The translations under genes were made by a program, and so were the position numbers. From an uncultured Acidobacteriota bacterium (GTDB lineage: Bacteria; Acidobacteriota; Terriglobia; Terriglobales; Acidobacteriaceae), in NCBI GenBank assembly GCA_963720105.1, contig CAVREL010000055.1, positions 32,903-96,902 of the forward strand: a DNA stretch of 64,000 bases, written 5' to 3'. The notes under the pieces were generated by a model that saw only the letters and a program-made list of their open reading frames with translations, did no database searches and had not been told where the DNA came from. This document shows, piece after piece, positions 20,471 through 30,650 of this stretch. Numbering within the stretch: position 1 is the first letter of the stretch; each line of letters starts with the position of its first letter.

Positions 20471-22011
20471 GGCGCCTCCTTGCGCAACGACCACAGCTCC
20501 AGTTCCGCTCCGGTGCGCCCGGGCTTGATCTCCAGGTAAACCCGCTTGGGATAGACCCGGGCATTGACGCGCAGCACGTCGCTGGCCCGGTCCTGGTTGA
20601 GCGCCACCGCCAGCCGCAAAAGCACCACCGCGCGATGTACGTTCATGTGCTCCTCGGCGGGGATGTTGCGCAAGGCCCGGTCACCCGGCTGCGGACGGCT
20701 TTTGCCCAGGTAACGCGCAATGGCCGACACGATGGTCCTCTGCACGGGCGTATAGCCGTACACCTCCGAAGTGGAAATGATGTACTGGGTGTGCCGGTGA
20801 TGGCCCTGGTGATTGATGAACTTGCCGGTATCGCGCAGCACGGCCGCGGCCGCCAGCCAGTGCTCGTACTCGGCGGGCAGGGCGTGCAGCGGCTTCAGCT
20901 CGCGATAGAGCTGCAGGGCATGCGCCCGCACCGGTTCGGCCTGCTTCGGGTCCACGCCGTAACGGCGCGCGGTGGCCAGCACGCTCTGCCAGCGTTCGTG
21001 CTCAAATTCGCGATGGCCGCGGGCCCGCGTGTCGGTTTGATCCAGCATGAGGGCCAGGACGCCGTCCCGCAGACCCAGCGGGGAATAGCGAAACCCGGAA
21101 AGAGAGAAGCTCTCCAGCAGCTCGGCGTAGACCTCGGCGCCGGCCACGATGATTTCCGCGCGCCGCGGGCCGATGCCCGGCAAGGCCTCGCGCTCGGGCA
21201 GAGCCATCTTCGACAGGCGTGCGGCGAGTTTGCGCACCAGCTGCGCGGGCGCGAATCCCGCCATCCCGGCCGACACGGTGCGCCACGTGGCGCCCACCCG
21301 GCCCGAGCTTCGGGTGCGCTTGCCGGAGATTCCCGCGGACTTGATGAATGCCGCGCAGGCGTCGGCCAGGGCGGCGGCGGTTCCCGACGTGGCGATGACC
21401 TGAGAGACGTTTTCCTGGGGGATGCGCCGCCGCGCCCGGCGCAGCTCGCGGGCGATGAGCAGGCGCATCTGCGCCAGTCCGTCCGCCGGCGGGGGATCGG
21501 CGGCCAGGAATCCTTCGGTGAGCCGCACCGCGCCCAGGGGTAGGCTGACGGTTTCCCGGATGCGCTTGTTGTCAGAGAGCGTGATCTCGCAGCTTCCGCC
21601 GCCGAGATCGATCAGCAAGACCTTGCCTGCGACGCCTTCTTCGCCGCTCATCACGCCGAGATGAATCAGCCGGCCCTCCTCCAGGCCGGAAATGACTTCG
21701 AGATTCCAGCCGGTCTCCGCTTTGACCCACGCCTGGAACGCGGCGGCATTGCGCGCGTCGCGCAGGGCCGAAGTGGCCACCACGCGCACCCGGTCGGGCG
21801 CATGCTCCTGGACCGCGCGCTGGAAGCGCTTCAGCGCGCGCAGGGTGGTCGACATGGCTTCGGGCGAGATCAGGCCCGACTCAAATACGCTGGAGCCGAG
21901 CCGCGTCACTTCGCGGTCCTCGTGCACGCTTTTCAACTGGTGCGCCACCACCCGGGCAATTTTCAGGCGGCACGAGTTGGAACCCACGTCCACGGCAGCA
22001 AAAGTCGGCAT
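20422..22011 (-). CDS. ppx: Ppx/GppA exopolyphosphatase
   Basis: AAVDVGSNS, VATSALRDA, ISGLEEGRL, DLGGGSCE and an HD-like C-terminus. Confidence 0.92.
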   Translation of the reverse strand: MPTFAAVDVGSNSCRLKIARVVAHQLKSVHEDREVTRLGSSVFESGLISPEAMSTTLRALKRFQRAVQEHAPDRVRVVATSALRDARNAAAFQAWVKAETGWNLEVISGLEEGRLIHLGVMSGEEGVAGKVLLIDLGGGSCEITLSDNKRIRETVSLPLGAVRLTEGFLAADPPPADGLAQMRLLIARELRRARRRIPQENVSQVIATSGTAAALADACAAFIKSAGISGKRTRSSGRVGATWRTVSAGMAGFAPAQLVRKLAARLSKMALPEREALPGIGPRRAEIIVAGAEVYAELLESFSLSGFRYSPLGLRDGVLALMLDQTDTRARGHREFEHERWQSVLATARRYGVDPKQAEPVRAHALQLYRELKPLHALPAEYEHWLAAAAVLRDTGKFINHQGHHRHTQYIISTSEVYGYTPVQRTIVSAIARYLGKSRPQPGDRALRNIPAEEHMNVHRAVVLLRLAVALNQDRASDVLRVNARVYPKRVYLEIKPGRTGAELELWSLRKEAPYFREVFGRELFPTLA

Positions 22012-22273
22012 GGGGCCAAGATACACGACTGCCGCGCCTGCCCGGGTTACAGTGTGGTAAGCAGGTTCCCTGTTGGAATGCTGTTTTGAAAGGGCACGGC
22101 TTCAGCCGTGCCGAAACGGCTACCCGCCCCATGCGGGCTTTAGCCCCTGAGGGATGTCTTTCCCAAATCAAACTCTTCCACGGGCGGTCCGGCTCAAATT
22201 TTCTGTCTCACCTCGGGAACTTTCCTTCGTCTCACCGCATTACCGTTTTTGAGAGAAGGGAAGCGAAAATCGC

Positions 22274-22942
22274 ATGCAAGATACGCGACCCGCGGCCGTT
22301 CTCCATCCGGAGGCACACAGGCACGTGCAAAACCCTCACGATATAGAACCACCGGACCCGGCCACTCAGCAGACCGACGAGCAGTTGATGGTCGCCTTCG
22401 CGCGCGGACAGGCGGACGCATTCAACCTGCTCTTCGAGCGCTACAAACAGCCGCTGTTCGGTTTTTTCCGCCGCCGGCTCGACGACACGCCCCAGGCTGA
22501 GGAACTTACCCAGGAGACTTTTCTCGCGGTTCTGCGCGGCTCGGTGCGTTACGAAGCCACGGCGTTGTTCCGGACCTGGCTGTACGCCATCGGTTTCAAG
22601 ATATTGCGCGCGCACCGGCGCAAGGCCGCATTCCGGGCGATGTTTTCCGGGCCGTCGCCCGCGCATCACGAACCCGCAACGCGCGATCATCTCGACACTG
22701 ACATGCTGCTGCGTGACGCCTTCCGCAAGCTGGACCGCATGGATCGCGAGATTCTCCTGCTGCGGGAATTCGAGCAGCTGACGTATGCGGAAATCGCCAT
22801 GCTGCTGCGCGTGCCAGTCAACACCGTGCGCTCGCGTCTGTTCCGCGCGAGGAGTGAGTTGCGTAAGCTGCTCCTGGCGCCCGCACCCGTTTCAGCCTCT
22901 AAGGATGCCCGGCAACTGACCCGATCGGAGGGACGCGCATGA
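22274..22942 (+). CDS. ECF sigma factor
   Basis: AEELTQETF, FRTWLYAI and YAEIA..VNTVRSRLFRAR. Start uncertain. Confidence 0.9.
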   Translation: MQDTRPAAVLHPEAHRHVQNPHDIEPPDPATQQTDEQLMVAFARGQADAFNLLFERYKQPLFGFFRRRLDDTPQAEELTQETFLAVLRGSVRYEATALFRTWLYAIGFKILRAHRRKAAFRAMFSGPSPAHHEPATRDHLDTDMLLRDAFRKLDRMDREILLLREFEQLTYAEIAMLLRVPVNTVRSRLFRARSELRKLLLAPAPVSASKDARQLTRSEGRA

Positions 22943-24153
22943 CCACCGCGACACAACACGTAAATCCGGAAGAGATCATGGCGATGCTGGATGGGGAGCT
23001 GGCTGCCGCCGAAGCGCGCGCGATCGCTGAGCACATCGAGGCATGCGGGGAATGCGCTGCGATCGCGGAACAATTTCGGGAGACGGCGCAGAAGCTTGCC
23101 GCATGGACGGTTCCGGACGTGCCTGACGCTCTCGAGCGGCGGATCAAAGAGAAGTCCGCGAAGAGGACTGCTGAACACGCGAATCGGATTCCCCGCCCGA
23201 TGCGTTTTCCCAATGCACGATGGCAATGGGCCGTGGGGGGCGGCTGCATGGTTACAGTGCTGTTCCTGTTTGCGTTGTTCCACTCCGAGCCGCGCAGAAC
23301 AGCTTATGTTGCTTCAGAAACGCGTGCGGAAAGTGGCGGTTTCGCATCGAAGGCCAGTCCGGCGGCTACGATGATCGCCAGCCCGAATATGACCGCGCTG
23401 CAGCAGGTAGCCCCCGGCCTCGCCAACCCGACCGCGATGACCGCGGCTCAGTCCAATGCCTCTGCGCCCATGATCGCGCGCACCGTCTCGCTCATCATCG
23501 TGGCGCCAGACGTCGGTCAGGCGCGCCCGGCTCTGGATGCGATCCTCGCGCGCTACCAGGGCTATGCCGCGGAGCTCAACATCAACACCCCGGAAGGCTC
23601 GGCGCGCTCCTTCAGCGCCTCGCTACGCATCCCCGCACCGGCGCTCTCCGCCGCGCTCGCCGACCTGCGCAAGCTCGGCCGCGTGCAGACCGAATCGCAA
23701 TCCGGCGAGGAAGTCACGCAGCAGCACGCCGATCTCGTCGCGCGGCTCAAAAACGCGCGTGAAACCGAGCAGCGCCTGCTCGGCATCCTCGAAAAGCGCA
23801 CCGGCAAGGTGGAAGAAATCCTGCAGGTGGAAGAGCAGATTTCCAACACCCGCGGCGACATCGAGCGCATGGAAGCGGAGCAGAAGGCGCTCGAGCACCG
23901 CGTCGATTTCGCCACTGTGCAGTTGCAACTTGCCGAGGAGTACAAGGCGCAGCTCAACGGACCATCCACGTCCATTGGCACACGGATGCACAACGCCATC
24001 GTGACCGGGCTTGGGAATGCAGGAAGCAGCCTGCTGGGCATTCTTCTCTTCTTCGAGGAATATGGCCCGGTCCTGCTGGTGTGGATCGCGGTGCTGGGGG
24101 CGCCGGCGTGGTTTTTGTGGAGGCGGTATCGAAACGCGCAGAGCCGGATCTAG
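22939..24153 (+). CDS. Anti-sigma (zf-HC2) fused to DUF4349-like domain
   Basis: HIEACGEC, a TM helix, then MIARTVSL..EEVTQQHADL..coiled coil and a C-terminal TM. ATGA coupling to the sigma gene. Confidence 0.85.
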   Translation: MTTATQHVNPEEIMAMLDGELAAAEARAIAEHIEACGECAAIAEQFRETAQKLAAWTVPDVPDALERRIKEKSAKRTAEHANRIPRPMRFPNARWQWAVGGGCMVTVLFLFALFHSEPRRTAYVASETRAESGGFASKASPAATMIASPNMTALQQVAPGLANPTAMTAAQSNASAPMIARTVSLIIVAPDVGQARPALDAILARYQGYAAELNINTPEGSARSFSASLRIPAPALSAALADLRKLGRVQTESQSGEEVTQQHADLVARLKNARETEQRLLGILEKRTGKVEEILQVEEQISNTRGDIERMEAEQKALEHRVDFATVQLQLAEEYKAQLNGPSTSIGTRMHNAIVTGLGNAGSSLLGILLFFEEYGPVLLVWIAVLGAPAWFLWRRYRNAQSRI

Positions 24154-24387
24154 CGGAGTGCGCCGTCCCGATTGCCGATTATTTGCCCAATGACGGCGGG
24201 TGCCTATACTTCTTCCGCCCCCTGCGGGGGCTGGGCCTGCCATTTTGGGCCGCATTCCCCAGGCTTACGCCTGGGGCTACCATCTGGCGCCCGCTTCGCG
24301 GGCTGTGCGCCCGTTCATCATCTGGCGCCCCGCTTCGCGGGCTTTGTACCCGGTCATGGTAAAGCGGTGAGAATTAAGGACCGTACA

Positions 24388-25320
24388 TTAGCGTGAGTCG
24401 TGGCTCGCGAACCAATCGACCACGCGCCGTTCGTACTCGGCGGGCGCCGCGCCGGACGCGCCGCAATGGCCTGCCCCGGCCGGCTCCCACAGCGCCACAC
24501 GCGGATTGGCCCCTCGAATCCGTTCGGAATTCACGGCCAGTAGATTGTCGTCGGCCAGCCCGTGAATCAGCATGACCGGCACATGGCTTGCGGCGACCGC
24601 GTTTTGCGGCGAAACCGTGGCAAGGTTGGCCCCGTATCGTATACGCGCATACACGAATGCCGCTTCCACGGCGGGGCGCAACACAGTCCGGCCGAGCCAG
24701 GTACCGGTGTGGAATGCCTGTCCCAGGCGCTCATACGATGCCGAGCGGAAGCTGGAAAAAGTCGACTCGGCGATCACGGCGCAAAAAGCGGGACCTGCCC
24801 TAAGAGAACTCAGCAGTTCCGCGCCGCCCATGGACTCGCCCAGGCCGTCGATGCAATGCGGACGCTGCGCGCGATCCAGCCACTCCGCCCAGCGCCGCAC
24901 ATCCTCGGCCTCAAAGAATCCATAGGTCACAATCGGTCCGCCGCTCCCGCCGTGCGCCCGCGCATCGGGCAGCAGAACAGCAAAGCCGTGCCGCAACAGC
25001 ATGTTTGCGATTCCCAACATCCCGGCGCGGTTGTCCGACACCCCGTGCAGCAGGATCACGGCATCGCCATTGCCGGCGTGTGGACCTATGCTCCACGCAC
25101 GCAGGATTGCGCCGTCGCGCGCGGCGATGGCGACATCGTCCAGGTCGGCATGATTTTGTGCGGCGATCTGCCGGGCCAGGGCTTCGTCGCCCGCTTGCAC
25201 GACGCGCCGTCCAGGATGGAGCGCGCCTTCAGCCGCGATGATCCCGATCAGAATGCACACCAGCAGCCAGGTACCCGCGCACGCCAAGCCATATCGCACC
25301 GCAACGCGCCGATGCTTCAT
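24388..25320 (-). CDS. Membrane-anchored alpha/beta hydrolase
   Basis: LLHG, DARAHGGSGG, GESMGG nucleophile elbow, IHGLADD and GAGH. Confidence 0.88.
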   Translation of the reverse strand: MKHRRVAVRYGLACAGTWLLVCILIGIIAAEGALHPGRRVVQAGDEALARQIAAQNHADLDDVAIAARDGAILRAWSIGPHAGNGDAVILLHGVSDNRAGMLGIANMLLRHGFAVLLPDARAHGGSGGPIVTYGFFEAEDVRRWAEWLDRAQRPHCIDGLGESMGGAELLSSLRAGPAFCAVIAESTFSSFRSASYERLGQAFHTGTWLGRTVLRPAVEAAFVYARIRYGANLATVSPQNAVAASHVPVMLIHGLADDNLLAVNSERIRGANPRVALWEPAGAGHCGASGAAPAEYERRVVDWFASHDSR

Positions 25321-25410
25321 GTTGCGGAATTACGCTGCGCGGCTGGGACGCGTTCCGTAAATTCAACCCTGGACGAGGCGGCCGGGTGCGTTTGGATCTG
25401 CGGACGGCGC

Positions 25411-26010
25411 TTACGGGACCGTAACGGTGATCGATGTGCTGACGCTGGCCTGGGTCGCGCTGTCGGTCGCGGTCACGGTGAAAGGATAGGTCCCCGATAA
25501 CCCATTGCCGCCGCAGGCAGAAAGCGCCGCCGCACTGATCGCGCCCAGCAAGAGCACACTCATCCACCTCCGCGCGCCGGCGCGCGCCCGGCGCCCAAAG
25601 AGCAGCCAGATTGCAAGCGCGAATCCTATAACCGGCACGCGCGGCTGCCGCCTAAGTGGGCGGTACGACACGGCGATCGGAACCACCTTGCCGTAGGGAT
25701 AACAGGTGAGTGTGCCGGACACCGTGGAATTCGAGTTGAGGGTGAACAAGGGAGCCGTGTGGATGCCGCAGTTGGGCGGCTTGGCGTTCATATCGCCGCC
25801 GGAATACTGGGAATTGACGACCAGCTTGCCCGAGTATCCGTTCACCGAGGCCAGCGTGAATTGGCTCGTGCCCGGGTTCCCGCCGCCCGGCATGGTTACA
25901 TTCGTAGCCGCGACGGTGAAGCTGGGGGTGGCCGCTTGCGCATATACGCCGATCATTCCCAGGCCGCATGCAAGCACAAGAGAAAAACCGCTTGAACCAG
26001 GTAATTTCAT
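25411..26010 (-). CDS. Secreted Ig-like protein with internal TM hairpin and lipobox (LSACGG)
   Basis: Signal peptide, Thr-rich beta domain, TM, Arg-rich linker, second hydrophobic helix ending LSAC, then GTYPFTVTAT. Confidence 0.8.
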   Translation of the reverse strand: MKLPGSSGFSLVLACGLGMIGVYAQAATPSFTVAATNVTMPGGGNPGTSQFTLASVNGYSGKLVVNSQYSGGDMNAKPPNCGIHTAPLFTLNSNSTVSGTLTCYPYGKVVPIAVSYRPLRRQPRVPVIGFALAIWLLFGRRARAGARRWMSVLLLGAISAAALSACGGNGLSGTYPFTVTATDSATQASVSTSITVTVP

Positions 26011-26229
26011 AAATGGCCTCTCTTCCTGATTCCCCGATTTACAGGTTAGACCGGCGCGCCCCGCGTAAGTTAGGAATTCACAAAGGATTCGCTTGACGCT
26101 GGTCACAAATCGGGCGAGCCTGCACGCATGCGCCCGCCGGCCCCGTCTGCGATCGTCACGGCTGCCGGCCTGAAGCGCGGCCAGGCCGGCAACCCGGCTG
26201 CTATCCTGAACTGTGCACGCCTTTTCACG

Positions 26230-28227
26230 ATGACTAACGCTTTGGACGTCCAAGCCCGCCCCCGTCAAGCCCTTTCCACCCGGGCTGCCTGGCTCATCCT
26301 GGCGGCGATTTTTGTCGCCGTGCAGATTGGCTCTCTGTTTACGCCCCCGCTGCTGGACGATGCCGACGCATCCCACGCCCAGGCCGCGCAGCACATGGCC
26401 GAGAGCGGTGACTGGCTCACGCTCAAGGTGGATGGCATTCGTTATCTCGAGAAGCCTCCGCTGCCGTACTGGCTGACGGCCGGGCTCTACCGCGTCTTCG
26501 GGCAGAATGTCTTCGCCGCGCGCCTGCCGAATGCGCTGGCCGTTCTCGGCATCGCATGGCTGGCCTGGCTATGGGCAGGGCGGGGATGGGGAAAGCGCGC
26601 CGGCTTCTACGCGGCGCTCGGAGTCCTCACCTCGATCGGACCATTCCTGTTCACGCGTTTCGCTATTCCCGAGGCGCTGCTGTCGTTGTTCCTGCTGTTT
26701 GCTCTTTACAGCTTCATCACCGGGCTGGAAAGCCGCCGGCCCGCTCGCTTCTACGGGATGTGGGCGGCTCTGGCGCTGGCCACGCTCACCAAGGGCCTCA
26801 TCGCGCCGGTTTTCTTTTTCGCCGCCGCGTTGCCGCTGCTGCTGGTGAGCGGCCAATGGCGGCGCTGGCGCGATCTGAAACTCTTTACCGGGCTGCTGCT
26901 GTTTCTCGCCATCGCCGCCCCCTGGCATATTCTTGCCGGTCTTGCCAATCCCGACCAGGGCCATCCTGTGGGGAACCATCCCACGCCCGGCAACGTGCAC
27001 GGCTTCTGGTATTTCTATTTTCTCAACGAGCACGTGTTTCGCTTTCTGGGCACGCGTTTCCCTCACGACTACAACCGCATGCCGGTGTTCTGGTACTGGG
27101 CGGCGCACCTGGTCTGGCTGTTCCCCTGGAGCCTGTTTCTCCCGGCAGCGGTGGTGGTGGCGTGGCGCACGCGGCATTCCTGGCTGCAGCATATTCGCCG
27201 GGACGCCGGCCAGACGGTCGACTTCTACCTCGACCATGCGGCCCGCGAGGACGTGGCCAGCTACGTCACTCGCCTGAAATTCCGCGTACGGTCGACCTGG
27301 CTGCTCGGCATCTATTCGGCGTTCATCCTGCTGTTCTTTTCGCTTTCGACCAACCAGGAGTACTACACGTTTCCGGCGTGGCCGGCGCTGCTGATCCTGA
27401 TTGCCGGGGTGCTGGCCGGGATCGAAGAGCAGCGCGCCCCGGAGCCGGGCGCGCCGCCCCGTCCCATGCTCTCGACCGCCTGGCTCACCGGCGCCCAGGC
27501 CATCTTCGCGATTTCCGGCGTGCTGATTTCCGGCCTGCTCGGCTGGTGCCTATGGGAATCGCGCAACCTGCCGTTCGTGGCCGACATCGGCACGCTTCTG
27601 GCGCATCGCGACGTGGGCGGATACACGCTCTCCATGTCGCATTTCTTCGATCTCACCGGGCCGTCGTTCGCCGCGCTGCGGCTGCCCGCGATCATGGCGG
27701 CCATCGTCCTGCTGGTGGGCCCGGCGGTAAGCTGGCTGCTGCGCCTCCGGCACAAGCACCTGGCCGCGACCTCGACGCTGGCGGTGACCATGGCGCTTTT
27801 CCTGGTGGCCGCGCACATCGCGTTCGCGCGCTTCGAGCCCATGCTCAGTTCAAAACAACTCGCCGATGTCATCGTCGCCAAGGGCTCGCCGTCCGACACG
27901 TTCATCATCTACGGCGACCAGTCGGATGCATCGTCGGTGGTCTTCTACACCCATAACTTCCTGCGCGAACCGGCCGATCTTGTATTTGAGCGCTGCTCGC
28001 CGCATGGAACAGGTTCGTCGCTGCTGTGGGGCTCGTGCTATCCCGACGCGCCGGACATTTTCCTGAGCGAGAACCGGCTCTCCAAAGAGTGGGGAACGGG
28101 CGAGCGCAAGTGGCTCTTTGCGCAGGACACGAATCAGGAGAAAGTGGAGCAGTTGCTCGCCGGCCGGCTCTTCCCGGTGAAGTCCATCGCCGATAAAGCG
28201 CTGTGGACCGACCGGCCGCTGCAGTAG
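26230..28227 (+). CDS. ArnT/PMT-family (GT83-like) membrane glycosyltransferase
   Basis: LLDDAD, YLEKPPLPYW, LTKGLI and about 13 TM segments. Confidence 0.88.
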   Translation: MTNALDVQARPRQALSTRAAWLILAAIFVAVQIGSLFTPPLLDDADASHAQAAQHMAESGDWLTLKVDGIRYLEKPPLPYWLTAGLYRVFGQNVFAARLPNALAVLGIAWLAWLWAGRGWGKRAGFYAALGVLTSIGPFLFTRFAIPEALLSLFLLFALYSFITGLESRRPARFYGMWAALALATLTKGLIAPVFFFAAALPLLLVSGQWRRWRDLKLFTGLLLFLAIAAPWHILAGLANPDQGHPVGNHPTPGNVHGFWYFYFLNEHVFRFLGTRFPHDYNRMPVFWYWAAHLVWLFPWSLFLPAAVVVAWRTRHSWLQHIRRDAGQTVDFYLDHAAREDVASYVTRLKFRVRSTWLLGIYSAFILLFFSLSTNQEYYTFPAWPALLILIAGVLAGIEEQRAPEPGAPPRPMLSTAWLTGAQAIFAISGVLISGLLGWCLWESRNLPFVADIGTLLAHRDVGGYTLSMSHFFDLTGPSFAALRLPAIMAAIVLLVGPAVSWLLRLRHKHLAATSTLAVTMALFLVAAHIAFARFEPMLSSKQLADVIVAKGSPSDTFIIYGDQSDASSVVFYTHNFLREPADLVFERCSPHGTGSSLLWGSCYPDAPDIFLSENRLSKEWGTGERKWLFAQDTNQEKVEQLLAGRLFPVKSIADKALWTDRPLQ

Positions 28228-28301
28228 AGCAGCTTGCAGCCTGTAGCACGTAGCTCGCGGAATTTCTGCCTGATGGCTAGCGGCCGGCCTGTGGCCTTCC
28301 T

Positions 28302-28514
28302 TCACAACTCATGCGAATAGACCACCAGATCGCTCTCCGACAATTCATTGACCAGCATGAAGTAGACGCGTAAGCAGTGGACGCACAGGGGAAAGACGCT
28401 CCCTTCGCTGAGCGTTATGGCTTCGTCGCTGGTATGGGGCGGGTCATGCTCGATGCGGTAGACACCCGAATAGGGTACGATTTCCCCGGTCGTGAAAACA
28501 TTATCCATAGCCAT
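28302..28514 (-). CDS. Small YjzC-like protein
   Basis: FTTGEIVPYSGVY..H..H..FPLCVHC and GGAGG RBS. Confidence 0.65.
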   Translation of the reverse strand: MAMDNVFTTGEIVPYSGVYRIEHDPPHTSDEAITLSEGSVFPLCVHCLRVYFMLVNELSESDLVVYSHEL

Positions 28515-28701
28515 TCTGTCCTCCATCCGACGCATTCCGAGGTTCGATGAGCGTGGTTGCGAAAGGTTATCCGGGCGAAAAAAGAGAGCCCGCCCGCAGC
28601 GCGCATATCCGGCGCAGATCGGCCAAGTGATTGATTGCGTTCCTACGATGCGTTTTCGATTTTCTTACGCGTCGCCGCCAATTCGATCCCAATAGATCAG
28701 C

Positions 28702-29877
28702 TTATTTCGCGGCGCGCATCTTGCCCCCGGGCAGCAGTTGGAACACGCGCCCGCGCCACAGAATCTTGCCGGAAGAGTAGCTGGCGGCCCAGAAGCAGAA
28801 GCCCATCAAATCGCGGATGGGGTAAAGGATCAGCAGGCTGAACCAGTCGCGGTCGCCGACCACCCAGTTGCCGACGGCTATCGAGAGGGCCCACCGCGAG
28901 GCGATGGCCCAAAACAAAAGAAAATTACCGAGCGCGGCGTGATGGCTGGCGATCCCCGCGGCCAGGCCGAGCAGCCCGAACGGCATGCTGAACGTGAGCG
29001 CCGTGCCGAAGTGGCCCTTGGGACGCGAGAATCGCGTGGATTTCATCCACCGCACCTGGTGCTTCAGCGATTGCGCCAGGCTGGCGTTGATCACCATGTG
29101 GTCGATGGCATGATGGCTGAGCACGATCTGCTGGCCCAGTTTGAATGTCTCGTTGCCCAGCACGAAATCGTCGGCGCAGTAGTCGGCCGTGACGCGGAAG
29201 CCACCCATGCGGCGGATGGTCTCGCGGCGGAAAGCCATCGTCGGTCCCAGCGTGAACTGCATGCCCTCCATCATGCGCGCGGCGAGCACGCCGGAGGTCA
29301 TTTCCACCGACATGCCCACCGCTTCGAGCCGCGCCCATAGCCCGCCTTCCGCCGCGACGCCGCGATACGGACACGTGATCCCGCCCACGCGCGCATCGGA
29401 GAAGGGAAGAGCGACGGCGCGCAGATAGTCCGGCGTGACGCGCACGTCGCTGTCGCTGATGACCAGGATGTCGTACGCCGCGGCCTCTTCCATCAACTCC
29501 ATGGAACGAACCTTGGCGTTGATGTACGGCGGCTCGCCGGTAGACAGGAATCTGGTTGCGATCTGTGGATAGCGCGCTGCGACTCGACGTGCGATGGCCA
29601 GTCCCGGATCATCCGGCGCGCGCGTGCAAAAAAGAATCTCGTATTGCGGATAGTCCTGCTCGAAGAAGGTGGTGAGATGCGCCTCCAGACCGGGCTCGGC
29701 GCCATGCAGCGGCTTCAGCAGGCTCAGCGGCGGCGTGAATCCCGGCGGATGATCGAGCGTGGCATACGCCGCCCTCCGCTCGCGCAGATACCCGGGCACA
29801 GCCCACAGAACCATGCCGGTGAATACAGACGAGGTGATCAGGCCGAAGGCGGCTAATGCGAGCAGGAAATAGAGCAT
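28702..29877 (-). CDS. hpnI: Ceramide-glucosyltransferase-like GT (HpnI family)
   Basis: LLKPLHG, NAKV, ISDSD, ADDFVLG and HQVRW motifs. Confidence 0.8.
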   Translation of the reverse strand: MLYFLLALAAFGLITSSVFTGMVLWAVPGYLRERRAAYATLDHPPGFTPPLSLLKPLHGAEPGLEAHLTTFFEQDYPQYEILFCTRAPDDPGLAIARRVAARYPQIATRFLSTGEPPYINAKVRSMELMEEAAAYDILVISDSDVRVTPDYLRAVALPFSDARVGGITCPYRGVAAEGGLWARLEAVGMSVEMTSGVLAARMMEGMQFTLGPTMAFRRETIRRMGGFRVTADYCADDFVLGNETFKLGQQIVLSHHAIDHMVINASLAQSLKHQVRWMKSTRFSRPKGHFGTALTFSMPFGLLGLAAGIASHHAALGNFLLFWAIASRWALSIAVGNWVVGDRDWFSLLILYPIRDLMGFCFWAASYSSGKILWRGRVFQLLPGGKMRAAK

Positions 29878-29947
29878 GCGGGATTCAGGATACCCGTTCG
29901 CCCGTCGCCTGGGAGTCCGCAAGCGATGGATGGAACGGGCTGTGGCC

Positions 29948-30221
29948 GGTCAACATTTGTGGTCTCCCACCTTCGCGCCCGACCACCCCACGGACGAAGA
30001 CCCGTCCGTGGGGACCCCGGCAAGGCGCGAAGATGGGGCACGGGAGGTTTGTTCTTCTCAGGTCCCAACCGCTGTTGCACACCGGCGAGAGACGAAAACG
30101 TGGCATGGTCAGCGTTTGTGGTCTCCCACCTTCGCGCCCGACCACCCCACGGACGAAGACCTGTCCGTGGGGACCCCGGCAAGGCGCGAAGGTGGGGCAC
30201 GGGAGTTTTGTTCTTCTCAGG
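29948..30221. repeat. Two about 115-bp direct repeats (period 159) of a nested REP-in-REP hairpin
   Basis: 29948-30062 and 30107-30221 differ at about 5 positions. Outer CCCACCTTCGCGCC..GGCGCGAAGRTGGGGCAC, inner CCCCACGGACGAAGACCYGTCCGTGGGGACCCCG. Confidence 0.92.
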
Positions 30222-30636
30222 AATCCTTGCGTCCGGCGTTGCGCGTTACCACCACCGGCCTCGGGACCGGCGACTTGCGCAGGGGCACGATCGCCCCCGG
30301 CATGGGCGGCGCCGACTGCTGGAAACGCGTCAGCATCTCCGACCGCACATAATCGACAAAGTTCTGCATCTGCCGGTTCATCTCCTCCATGCGCTCCCGC
30401 ATCTGCAGGATGATGGCGATGCCGGCAATGTTCACGCCCAGGTCGCGCGCCAGGTTCAGGATGAACTCCAGCCGCTCCAGGTCTTCGTCGGTGTAGAGCC
30501 GCGTGTTGCCCTCGGTGCGCGAAGGCTTGAGCAGGCCCTCGCGCTCGTACAGGCGCAGCGTCTGCGGGTGGATCTCATACATCTCCGCCACCGACGAAAT
30601 CATGTACGCGCCTTTTGATTTACGTTTCGCTGGCAT
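30217..30636 (-). CDS. hspR: MerR-family heat-shock repressor
   Basis: YMISSVAEMYEIHPQTLRLYEREGL..LGVNIAGI, located downstream of dnaK-dnaJ. Confidence 0.9.
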   Translation of the reverse strand: MPAKRKSKGAYMISSVAEMYEIHPQTLRLYEREGLLKPSRTEGNTRLYTDEDLERLEFILNLARDLGVNIAGIAIILQMRERMEEMNRQMQNFVDYVRSEMLTRFQQSAPPMPGAIVPLRKSPVPRPVVVTRNAGRKDS

Positions 30637-30650
30637 AGTCGCTGTTGCCC

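Noticed and set aside
29948..30221. Possible CRISPR array
   Set aside because: Only two units of about 115 bp made of REP hairpins, and no cas genes.
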